Virus record (IMG/VR): IMGVR_UViG_3300011871_000042
DNA length: 20,000 nucleotides
Source of the DNA: an uncultured virus (IMG/VR IMGVR_UViG_3300011871_000042)
Lineage: Duplodnaviria > Heunggongvirae > Uroviricota > Caudoviricetes
Direction: 5' to 3' (one strand)
The first letter of the stretch is position 1, and the number at the start of each line of letters is the position of its first letter. A program made the translations under genes and the position numbers. The notes below the pieces were generated by a model. It had not been told where the DNA came from and did not search any database. It saw only the letters and a list, made by a program, of their open reading frames with translations. This document shows positions 1-7,552 of the stretch, one piece after another.

Positions 1-2
1 AA

Positions 3-746
3 AGAGAGAGTGGAGAGAAAAATGGAGATTCATTATTAAGTAATTCCCACCAAACAGATTTTGCGTTAGATTATCTTTATAAAAATTTAGAAAAAGTAAA
101 AAAAATGGATATAAAGAACTATGCCAGTTTTGCAATGGAAGCCTCTAGCCGCTCTGTTATTTATATTTTAAACTCTAATAGAGAAATGGTTAAAAAAATA
201 TCATTTAATAATGAAGGTGACTGGGTTCAAGGTAGTTCAAATAATAGAGTGGGTGAACAAGGATTAGATCTTATAAATCAAGTTATTGGTTCTTACAGAG
301 ATAATGTTTTTAATTATGCTAAAGTATTAACATACAAACAAACAATAGAACCTAATACGTTAGAAACATCTTACAAAAATGATATACCAGAAACTACAAG
401 AAGAGTAATAAATAGTACGAACTTACTTGATAAAGTAAAAATAAATAGTACAAGAGTAAATAACCATGAGATATCATGGAATATAGAAGGTGGTGAAGCA
501 GGGAAAACAGCAGTATTTGTTATGCTTAATGGTAAAAAGTTAGACTTTGAAATGTCTAAACTAAAAGATAAATACAACTATAATGCTTTCCAAGAAAATA
601 TAGAAAAAGTATTAAAATCACCTTATGAATTAAATGAAGTAAAAGCTGATAATAAAGCTGAAAAAATACAAACCTTAAAGAAGGTTTTAGCGAATAGCCC
701 TTTCCAAAATGATAGAATGAAAGCGAAAACATTAAAATTAAAATAA
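3..746 (+). CDS. Hypothetical protein, 5'-truncated by the window edge
   Basis: The frame of ORF 105..746 is open back to position 3 (RESGEKNGDSLLSNSHQTDFALDYLYKNLEKVKK-MDIK...), so the start probably lies upstream of the window. It ends TAA just before a terminator; C-terminus RMKAKTLKLK. No family recognised. Confidence 0.75.
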   Translation, partial: RESGEKNGDSLLSNSHQTDFALDYLYKNLEKVKKMDIKNYASFAMEASSRSVIYILNSNREMVKKISFNNEGDWVQGSSNNRVGEQGLDLINQVIGSYRDNVFNYAKVLTYKQTIEPNTLETSYKNDIPETTRRVINSTNLLDKVKINSTRVNNHEISWNIEGGEAGKTAVFVMLNGKKLDFEMSKLKDKYNYNAFQENIEKVLKSPYELNEVKADNKAEKIQTLKKVLANSPFQNDRMKAKTLKLK

Positions 747-750
747 ATTA

Positions 751-780
751 AAAAAACCAAATCGCCTGATTTGGTTTTTT
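751..780. terminator. Bidirectional intrinsic terminator
   Basis: Perfect inverted repeat AAAAAACCAAATC-GCCT-GATTTGGTTTTTT between convergent genes, giving a U-tract on each strand. Confidence 0.9.
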
Positions 781-804
781 ATTTGTAAATATGAAAAAAT
801 ACCC

Positions 805-1560
805 TTATTGACCTAAAAGAAATTTGGTTTGACCTAATAAATCATTAGCGCTATAAGGTTTAGGAAGGAAGCTATCCACGCCCTCATGTGCTCCTATTTT
901 AAAATGTAGTTCAACATTTCCTGTAACAACAATAATTGGAATGTCAGATAAGGCAAGTGTTTCTTTCATTCTTGTGACTAAATCTAATCCATTAAGTCTT
1001 GGCATATCAACATCCGTAACAACTAGATCTGGTTTTTTCTCTCTCATTTTTTCTAAAGCATCAATACCGTCTTCTGCTGTTATAATATTATAGTCTTTTT
1101 CTAATGCTCTAGTAGCACTTTTTAAAGATGTTTTTGAATCGTCAACAATTAATATAGTAGGCACTTTTTCCTCAGCTCTTGTAATGTTAATATTCGAAAT
1201 ATTATTATTTAAATCCAAGTCTAAGGATTGTTTAAGAATTTCATTATCTGGAACATTATGAGATCCTAAAACGTCAAGAACAGCATCATTTCTTATTTTG
1301 CTATTATCTTGCTTATCTTGAGGAATTAAACGAGGTCTAACTTTTATTTTTTTATTCTTTTTTTCTTCATCTTCATCAATAACAATTCCATCGGGATTTC
1401 CCGGAGAATATCTTTTTCTTGTATTTTTTTGTTGCTTTTCTTTTTCTTGTAAGTTTTTTATTTCCAATTGCTTTTTCTTATTTTTTTGATTCAATAAAAA
1501 AATAATAACAATTGAGGCTAACAAAACAGCACCACCAGATAGTATAAATAAATTATTCAT
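805..1560 (-). CDS. Membrane-anchored response-regulator receiver (CheY-like REC) protein without output domain
   Basis: N-terminal hydrophobic helix (LFILSGGAVLLASIVIIFLL), a charged linker and a C-terminal REC domain: ILIVDDS, PDLVVTDVDMPRLNG (phospho-Asp), IPIIVVTG, FLPKPY. GAGG RBS upstream. Confidence 0.9.
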   Translation of the reverse strand: MNNLFILSGGAVLLASIVIIFLLNQKNKKKQLEIKNLQEKEKQQKNTRKRYSPGNPDGIVIDEDEEKKNKKIKVRPRLIPQDKQDNSKIRNDAVLDVLGSHNVPDNEILKQSLDLDLNNNISNINITRAEEKVPTILIVDDSKTSLKSATRALEKDYNIITAEDGIDALEKMREKKPDLVVTDVDMPRLNGLDLVTRMKETLALSDIPIIVVTGNVELHFKIGAHEGVDSFLPKPYSANDLLGQTKFLLGQ

Positions 1561-1755
1561 TTTTTCCTCATATTTTCTTAAAACTCTTTATTATTTACTG
1601 TCTAAGTAAAAAAAAGTAAATAGCAAAATATGAAAACGATATTTATTTTATTAGAAATTTGTAATTATTATTAAAATATTATATTTTCAGAGTAGTATAT
1701 CATAATTTGAATTAAGTGATATTATAATAAATATATTAACCATTAAGAGATAGAT

Positions 1756-2733
1756 ATGGATAAAAATAGAATTTCCAATCATAATTGGATTTGTAGAACA
1801 CTAACTGGAACAATAGCATTAGAAGAAACTTCTATGACACTTAAACAAAGAAATTTTCTAAGGCAATTATCTAAACCCGTTCGTGTTAGTGATCTTTACA
1901 AAATATTAAAAGAAAAATATCCGAATGATTACAGTAGAACAAGTGATTTTGTAGAAATCGTTAATTTTACAAATAAAAAAATATGGATAGAAAAGGTCGA
2001 AAAACCTCAACTATTAGAAGAATCTGATAGTAAGAAAGATGATTCTGAACATTCTCTTGAAGATTCAAGGGATAGTTCATCTCTGCCTGAAGAATTATTA
2101 AACCTATCAAGAAAAGCTCAAAGTGGTTATAGTGAAGAAAGTAACGTCTTTGCTGTAGAATTTGAAGATCCAGAAGAAAAAGAAGATATTAAAAAATGGT
2201 TTAATGAGGCAGATGAATATGAAGAACAACAAGTTGAATTTATTCATGATGAGCAAACTAAAGATTTAATTTTGAAATTAGGATTAGGCTCTGTAAATTC
2301 AAATAATATGGATGAGTTTGAAATTCCTGAAGATAATCCATTTATTAGTAAAGGTGGTAATGTAAGTAAGACAGAAGCTGCCGAACAGGTATTAAACTTT
2401 TTAGATCAATTTGATGAAAAAGATTTAGAGGATAATATTTCAGATGAAGAAGATAGTGAAAAAGAGATTTTTTATAATCAAGAAGAAAATATTAACCAAA
2501 TCTTCAACCAAGAAAAAGAAATAGTAGAAGATAAAGAAAATATTCATGAAGTAGAGCAAAAAAAAGAAGAAGATAATGTTAGGGAAATATCATCCGTTGA
2601 TAGAGAAAGTAAAAGACAGGAGAGATTAAGTAAAAGAAATAACTTACCTCCTATTAAAAAAAATGAACCCAAAAAAGAACAAGGTATACTTGGAAGTTTA
2701 AAAAATGGTATAAAAAAAATAATTGGAAAATAA
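1756..2733 (+). CDS. Hypothetical protein: small N-terminal domain, long acidic low-complexity region, C-terminal amphipathic helix
   Basis: 325-aa ORF with an E/D-rich middle, ending GILGSLKNGIKKIIGK. Confidence 0.75.
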   Translation: MDKNRISNHNWICRTLTGTIALEETSMTLKQRNFLRQLSKPVRVSDLYKILKEKYPNDYSRTSDFVEIVNFTNKKIWIEKVEKPQLLEESDSKKDDSEHSLEDSRDSSSLPEELLNLSRKAQSGYSEESNVFAVEFEDPEEKEDIKKWFNEADEYEEQQVEFIHDEQTKDLILKLGLGSVNSNNMDEFEIPEDNPFISKGGNVSKTEAAEQVLNFLDQFDEKDLEDNISDEEDSEKEIFYNQEENINQIFNQEKEIVEDKENIHEVEQKKEEDNVREISSVDRESKRQERLSKRNNLPPIKKNEPKKEQGILGSLKNGIKKIIGK

Positions 2734-2739
2734 GTAAAT

Positions 2740-3774
2740 ATGTATAAAGATTTTTTAGAAAAATTAGAAGATGAAGAAAATTTAAAAGATCGAGAGCTAT
2801 GGATTGAATTAGCTTATATCAATAATCCCTTAGTTGAGAAGAAAATAACTCAAAAAGGATATAGTTTTCTTAGTCCTATATTAAAGAAGTCTGATAATTT
2901 AGAAGAAGTAATTACCCCACTTCTTCTTTTGTGCTATGATAAAGAAATACCTAATAAAAATGAAATCCTTTCCAGATGGCTTGCTGAAACATTAATACAA
3001 GAAAAATTCACTAAAAGTAAAAATACAATAAATTATAGAAATCATCAACAAGAAAAGTTATTTATGTTTTTTATTGAACAAAATAATATAGATATGATAG
3101 AAAAAATAATTTATTGGAGTAAGGAAATGCCTTATCCTCATAAAGTTATAAGTTATGAAGATGTAAAAAAATATATATTTAAAAATCTTTCAATAGAAGG
3201 ATTAAAAAATTTTAGTTCTTCATGGAGTGACAATGTTTGGCTAACTAAATGGAAATTTGAAAAAAATTTATGGGATTACGAGCCTCATGACTTTGAGGCC
3301 AATCCTGAAAGTTTCTGGCCTATAGAAAGGCAATCATTTAATTTAGATTGGATGAAGGCCGTGTTAGAAGCAGGTTGTCCAACAAACATGTTAATGCAAG
3401 GTTTTTTTGATGAAAAAGAAATAGAAACAATAATGTTAAGAATATTAAAGCTTTCTTTTTATTTCCATAATCATGAATATCATAATAAAAATAACGAAAA
3501 TATAAAAAAGTTATGGATACGTGATGAAAAATATTTAATGAAAATGTTAAGCTTATTTGTTAGTCATGGAGGAAAAATAGAAGGCAATTGGAATGGTATC
3601 GCTTGGTGGGAAGAATGGAGAAATTTAAGGAAAAATATAAAGGATTGGACTAGTTGGAATGAACAAACATTATCATACATTGATAGTTTTGCTCAACAAC
3701 ATGAAATTAATAAAAAAATGAGTATAAGTATGGCTCATAAAAAAGTAGAAAAAAATCTTAAAGAAAGAATATAA
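2740..3774 (+). CDS. Hypothetical protein (Trp-rich)
   Basis: 344-aa ORF starting 6 nt after the previous stop, so probably co-transcribed. No family recognised. Confidence 0.75.
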   Translation: MYKDFLEKLEDEENLKDRELWIELAYINNPLVEKKITQKGYSFLSPILKKSDNLEEVITPLLLLCYDKEIPNKNEILSRWLAETLIQEKFTKSKNTINYRNHQQEKLFMFFIEQNNIDMIEKIIYWSKEMPYPHKVISYEDVKKYIFKNLSIEGLKNFSSSWSDNVWLTKWKFEKNLWDYEPHDFEANPESFWPIERQSFNLDWMKAVLEAGCPTNMLMQGFFDEKEIETIMLRILKLSFYFHNHEYHNKNNENIKKLWIRDEKYLMKMLSLFVSHGGKIEGNWNGIAWWEEWRNLRKNIKDWTSWNEQTLSYIDSFAQQHEINKKMSISMAHKKVEKNLKERI

Positions 3775-3781
3775 AAAATGC

Positions 3782-3811
3782 TTGACTTGAATGTTGATTT
3801 TCGTATATGAT
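3782..3811 (+). promoter_or_regulatory. sigma70-type promoter for the leader / Pth2-like operon
   Basis: TTGACT (3782-3787), 18-nt spacer, TATGAT (3806-3811). Confidence 0.6.
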
Positions 3812-3867
3812 GGTTTCGTTGAGCAAATCAACATACTTTAAACAATAAAACAAATAGGAAAATAAAT

Positions 3868-3969
3868 ATGAAACACTAGACTTTAAATGTAAGAGCACCT
3901 CCACCTTGGATTATTAATTTATTCATGCAGTTCTATTATATAAAATTTAATAATCAATCAAAAAGGTGA
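3868..3969 (+). promoter_or_regulatory. Putative leader peptide / translational attenuator MKH*TLNVRAPPPWIINLFMQFYYIKFNNQSKR* (in-frame TAG at codon 4, RAPP arrest-like motif)
   Basis: AGGA RBS at 3856-3859, ATG 3868, TAG 3877-3879, AGA GCA CCT CCA CCT (RAPPP) 3892-3906, TGA 3967-3969. Predicted pairing of CACCTT 3902-3907 with AAGGTG 3963-3968 (downstream SD) and of GATTATTAA 3909-3917 with TTAATAATC 3947-3955. Confidence 0.65.
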
Positions 3970-3974
3970 AAATT

Positions 3975-4412
3975 ATGACTACTTTAAATATCGAAAACAA
4001 ATCTTTTATTCTTTCTAAAGAAAAAGCATTAGAAGCTAAATCTATCTGGAAAGATCTATCAAAAAATAAAAAAGCAACATTATCTCATCATGTATTTTAT
4101 TTCTTATTAATATCACATGATCCAGAATTAGTGTTTAAAAAAGCTTTTTCTCCATTAGTAAATTCCAATAAAATTCAAAATGTTGGTGGTGATGTCTACT
4201 TTGCTGTCAAACAAGAATTAGGAAGTTTATCTTCTAAAAATTTAGAATTTAAATATATTGAGCCTTGGATTTCCATCTTATTGAATGAAGATGAATATAA
4301 AATAAAAGGTCATTGGTCTAAAATTGTTGAAACAGAATCTGAGCTTATTAATGATATTCGTAAAAAAGCTCAACTTGTTTTGGATTTTTTTAATGGTAAA
4401 AAAGAGGTTTAA
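3975..4412 (+). CDS. Hypothetical protein, first gene of an operon with the Pth2-like hydrolase
   Basis: The ORF track starts at GTG 3966, but ATG 3975 follows the SD AAGGTG (3963-3968) at 6 nt and is the more likely start. Motif-like segments HHVFYFLL and AFSPLVNSNKIQN. Ends 3 nt before the next ATG. Confidence 0.75.
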   Translation: MTTLNIENKSFILSKEKALEAKSIWKDLSKNKKATLSHHVFYFLLISHDPELVFKKAFSPLVNSNKIQNVGGDVYFAVKQELGSLSSKNLEFKYIEPWISILLNEDEYKIKGHWSKIVETESELINDIRKKAQLVLDFFNGKKEV

Positions 4413-4415
4413 TAA

Positions 4416-4790
4416 ATGTATTTAAAATATGATGGCAAGGCTCCTTTTGAAAAAGATGAAGCTAAATATGTATATGTATTAATCAGAACGGATTTATCAT
4501 TAGCTCAGCAAGGCGTACAGGCTGTTCATGCTGGTATGGCTGCTATACATGAATTTGGTGGTTTAACGGATGATACTCGTTTAGCAATGCTTTCTGTTAA
4601 TAGTGAAAAGGAACTTGAACTTTGGGCAGAAAGACTTGAAATGAATGGAATTAACTTTAAAATATTTTGGGAGCCTGATAATAATACTGGATGGTCAGCA
4701 TTAGCAACAGCACCAATTAGTAGACAAGAAGGGAAAGTGTTAAAAAAGTTAATGAGATGGAATCCTGAAAGAGATCTGATGGCAGCATAG
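4416..4790 (+). CDS. Peptidyl-tRNA hydrolase II (Pth2/PTRHD1)-like protein
   Basis: Pth2-fold pattern: YVYVLIRTDL...AQQGVQAVHA, LSVNSEKEL, GINFKIFWEPD...SALATAP...LKKL. GAGG RBS upstream. Ends LMAA-TAG-TAA. Confidence 0.8.
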   Translation: MYLKYDGKAPFEKDEAKYVYVLIRTDLSLAQQGVQAVHAGMAAIHEFGGLTDDTRLAMLSVNSEKELELWAERLEMNGINFKIFWEPDNNTGWSALATAPISRQEGKVLKKLMRWNPERDLMAA

Positions 4791-4799
4791 TAAAAATAT

Positions 4800-4830
4800 A
4801 ATAAAAAGGAAGCGCAGCTTCCTTTTTATT
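4800..4830. terminator. Bidirectional intrinsic terminator
   Basis: AATAAAAAGGAAGC-GCA-GCTTCCTTTTTATT between convergent genes. Confidence 0.9.
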
Positions 4831-5077
4831 TGATTAATGAAAGTTTTGGTTTTTTATAATAAGGTTTATCTAGCATAGGTTTCTCAAATCTTTCTAATTG
4901 AGGAAAAGTTTTCTCTAATGCTTCATATCTACTACTTGCTAATACATCTTTTGTTTTTATTCCTACTTTATTAAGATTGATCAATAAATTTAATGTAACA
5001 TCATTACTTTCGATAGAAATAAAATCATTAAGTTCTGTATCAAACCATACTTTATATAAAACTTGATTATCTTTCAT
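4826..5077 (-). CDS. Small hypothetical protein with an SspB-like C-terminal tail (KKPKLSLIK)
   Basis: 83-aa ORF with an AGGAAGGA RBS upstream on the minus strand; its stop lies within the terminator. Confidence 0.7.
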   Translation of the reverse strand: MKDNQVLYKVWFDTELNDFISIESNDVTLNLLINLNKVGIKTKDVLASSRYEALEKTFPQLERFEKPMLDKPYYKKPKLSLIK

Positions 5078-5200
5078 TTATCCTTCCTATTGATATTTTA
5101 ATACTATGTCTATATCATACATATAATATATAAAAAAACAAAAAAAATAGTGAAAGTAAGTACGAAAGTGTGATATAAAAGAAACAACAGAGGAGACACT

Positions 5201-6343
5201 ATGGAAAAAAGTACAAAAAGTTCTTGGCAAGAAGTTGTCTTTAAAACAAAAGAATGGCATAAAACATTAATTCAATTTGAATTAACAGATGAGTTAAGCC
5301 AACCACTAACAGCTTATAATCCTATTTTATGTGAAAAGGAATGGGATGCTATCCAAGCAATAAAAAAATGGAGAAATGAATCTGGTTTACATTTTTCTTT
5401 ACAAGATTTTGATGATAATGAAAGAATTTCATTTGAAAAATTAACAGAGAAAAGTAAAAACGTTTATTTTAAAAAGAATGATGCCAAACCATATAAAAAA
5501 GTATTTTATGTTCCTTTTGCTGTTTGGAATGATGATGTTGATGCTGCTCCAGATTTTATTCCATTAAAAGATAAGACAATAATAAGACAATATGCTAGTA
5601 GTTTATATAATAGTTTAAAAATAAGAGCTTTAAATTCCATGAATACTTTTTTTAATGGGGTTAAAGTAGGAACTGAATATGGATTTGAAACAGGAAGTTT
5701 GTGGTTAAAATCAAATATAGATAAATTATTACAAGATGGCATAGACCTATCTGAAATGGAATTAACAGATATAGATGAAAATTTAATTCATAGTCTTAGT
5801 GGGGTAACGAAAGAATTTCAGGAAGAATGGCTACAATCGGCATTAATACCAATAGTAATAGCTGCAACTGAATATGAAGATATTTCAGATTTTGATTTTA
5901 ATTATGATGGTCAGTTAGATGTTGAAATGAAAAGCTTAAAAACCATGAGAGCTGATTTTGAACAACCCATGAGTTTGAATAAAGCTTTAAAAAGATTGGA
6001 AGCTCTGAAATTTTCTTTATGGGCAAAAAGCGTAGTTTATGATAATTTCGTAGAAGGAGGAGTAAAAAGAGAAAGCGTTATCCAATTTCATATAAATAAT
6101 GGTGATGTGGTATACGTAAGTGTGGCTGTAATGGATATAGATAAAAATGATGAAGAATTGATTACTCTTACATATGGAAGAAGAATTAATGATCATTATG
6201 AAATACAAGAAACATTATTACCTTGGGTAATGTGTGCTGATCCTAGAATGACTTGGAGTGTTATGTATACCGAAGATGACTTTGAAGAAGATAATTTACC
6301 CAATAACTATAAAATTACTTATGAGAACACTACCATACATTAA
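5201..6343 (+). CDS. Hypothetical acidic protein
   Basis: 380-aa ORF with a strong GAGGAG RBS, followed by a terminator; ends TTIH. No family recognised. Confidence 0.8.
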   Translation: MEKSTKSSWQEVVFKTKEWHKTLIQFELTDELSQPLTAYNPILCEKEWDAIQAIKKWRNESGLHFSLQDFDDNERISFEKLTEKSKNVYFKKNDAKPYKKVFYVPFAVWNDDVDAAPDFIPLKDKTIIRQYASSLYNSLKIRALNSMNTFFNGVKVGTEYGFETGSLWLKSNIDKLLQDGIDLSEMELTDIDENLIHSLSGVTKEFQEEWLQSALIPIVIAATEYEDISDFDFNYDGQLDVEMKSLKTMRADFEQPMSLNKALKRLEALKFSLWAKSVVYDNFVEGGVKRESVIQFHINNGDVVYVSVAVMDIDKNDEELITLTYGRRINDHYEIQETLLPWVMCADPRMTWSVMYTEDDFEEDNLPNNYKITYENTTIH

Positions 6344-6344
6344 T

Positions 6345-6370
6345 AAAAAAAGGCCATCTGGCCTTTTTTT
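6345..6370. terminator. Bidirectional intrinsic terminator
   Basis: AAAAAAAGGCC-ATCT-GGCCTTTTTTT between convergent genes. Confidence 0.9.
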
Positions 6371-7053
6371 TATTTGGTAAGATTACTTCTGAAGCAAACT
6401 AAAGCATCTGGTTTAAGTTGGAAAAGTTCAGCAGGACGGTGTTTACCTGTTAAAACTTCACCTGTTTCTTCAAGAAAATCTAATTCATTTATTTTCTTTC
6501 TAAAAGCAGATTTATCAATTGGTGTACCTAAAACTTGCTCATAAACCTTTTGCAATTGTGTTTTAGTAAACTTTTTAGGCAACAAATAAACAGGAAGCGT
6601 AGAGTAGTTTACTTTATTTCTTAATCTTTCTAGTGCCATTTCAATAATGTTTTCATGATCGAAAGCAAGGCTGCCTTTTTTAATTTCATCAACAGCTTTC
6701 CACTCAATACCTGTAACGTTGCGCCCTGCCTGAGCATTTTCTACTTCTTCCCACGGCATTAAAGATACATAAGCAATACTAATAGACCAACCACGAGAAT
6801 CACGCTTAACAGAACCAAAAGTATGTAGTTGTTCAAAATAAGATGATTGAACACCTGTTTTTTGGAATAAAACTCTATTTACAGAATCATCTAAAGTTTC
6901 ATCTTGATCGGTAAAAATAAAACCACCGGGCAAGCCTAATTTACCTGCATAAGGTTCTTTCTCTCTCTCAACAAGTAAAACATGTAGTTTTTCATTTTTT
7001 AATGTCAGGATAACAGCATCAACTGAAGCAATAGGTGTATCATATTCTTTCAT
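6370..7053 (-). CDS. nrtR: NrtR-family transcriptional regulator (Nudix-like domain + winged HTH)
   Basis: SVDAVIL...LHVLLVER..EPY.G..GLPGGF, a degenerate Nudix box (DETLDDSVNRVLFQKTGV), FEQLHTFG...RDSRGWSISIAY, LAFDH, and a C-terminal wHTH FTKTQLQKVYEQVLG...KSAFRKKI...HRPAELF. AGGAG RBS. Confidence 0.92.
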   Translation of the reverse strand: MKEYDTPIASVDAVILTLKNEKLHVLLVEREKEPYAGKLGLPGGFIFTDQDETLDDSVNRVLFQKTGVQSSYFEQLHTFGSVKRDSRGWSISIAYVSLMPWEEVENAQAGRNVTGIEWKAVDEIKKGSLAFDHENIIEMALERLRNKVNYSTLPVYLLPKKFTKTQLQKVYEQVLGTPIDKSAFRKKINELDFLEETGEVLTGKHRPAELFQLKPDALVCFRSNLTK

Positions 7054-7073
7054 CTTTATCTCCTAATTTTAAC

Positions 7074-7110
7074 TTAGTGTAATAATACCACTATCTTATA
7101 TTAAAATCAA
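7074..7110 (-). promoter_or_regulatory. nrtR promoter with overlapping palindromic NrtR-type operator
   Basis: Minus strand TTGATT (7110-7105), 17 nt, TATTAT (7087-7082) with a TGn extension. Operator TTAGTGTAATAATACCACTA (7074-7093, TAGTG-N9-CACTA) covers the -10. Confidence 0.75.
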
Positions 7111-7228
7111 TATATTTATTCTTATTATTGTTTTTTAACATTATTATATAAAATTCAGTAAGTTAGAGTAATATTTTGAATTTTATTTTTTTTGTATTAC
7201 TATGTACAAATTACCAGTGGAGGTCAAC

Positions 7229-7543
7229 ATGAAAAATGATACTATAGATTCAACAGTGATAGAAAAAAAGTCCGACACAAGGATTCAAAAACCTTCAATG
7301 TATAATGTTATATATTTAAATGATGACTATACTACTATGGAATTTGTAATCTGGACTTTAATGAAATTTTTTAATAAAAATGAAGATCAAGCTGTCTTGA
7401 TAACTCAAAGCATTCATAAGGAAGGTAGAGGCGTTGCGGGATTATATTCAAAAGAAATTGCTGAAACAAAAATATATGAAGTACAAAATATAGCTAGGCT
7501 TAATGATTTTCCTTTAGTTTTAATAATGGAAAAAAGCGAGTAA
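7229..7543 (+). CDS. clpS: ATP-dependent Clp protease adaptor ClpS
   Basis: PSMYNVIYLNDDYTTMEFV...IHKEGRGVAGLYSKEIAETK...FPL. GGAGGT RBS precedes ATG 7229, preferred over the ORF-track start 7202. Confidence 0.93.
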   Translation: MKNDTIDSTVIEKKSDTRIQKPSMYNVIYLNDDYTTMEFVIWTLMKFFNKNEDQAVLITQSIHKEGRGVAGLYSKEIAETKIYEVQNIARLNDFPLVLIMEKSE

Positions 7544-7552
7544 GGAAAAATA

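Noticed and set aside
371..577. Antisense ORF of 68 aa
   Set aside because: Shadow ORF wholly within the longer plus-strand CDS; no recognisable features.
3818..3832. Small hairpin GTTGA-GCAAA-TCAAC in the leader 5' UTR as an ncRNA or riboswitch
   Set aside because: It has only a 5-bp stem and no recognisable riboswitch core; it may simply be a 5' stabilising hairpin.
3877..3879. Genome-wide TAG reassignment as the explanation for the in-frame amber codon
   Set aside because: The long conserved genes (ligA, rnr, dgt, nrtR) are uninterrupted in code 11, and TAG serves as an apparent true stop at 4788-4790 and 14255-14257.
5506..6208. Antisense ORFs 5506..5742 and 6017..6208
   Set aside because: Both lie opposite the 380-aa CDS, which has a strong RBS and terminator; their composition is typical of shadow frames.
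6370..7053. Active ADP-ribose pyrophosphatase (plain Nudix hydrolase)
   Set aside because: The Nudix box lacks the catalytic REUxEE glutamates and a C-terminal wHTH is present, which fits an NrtR regulator.
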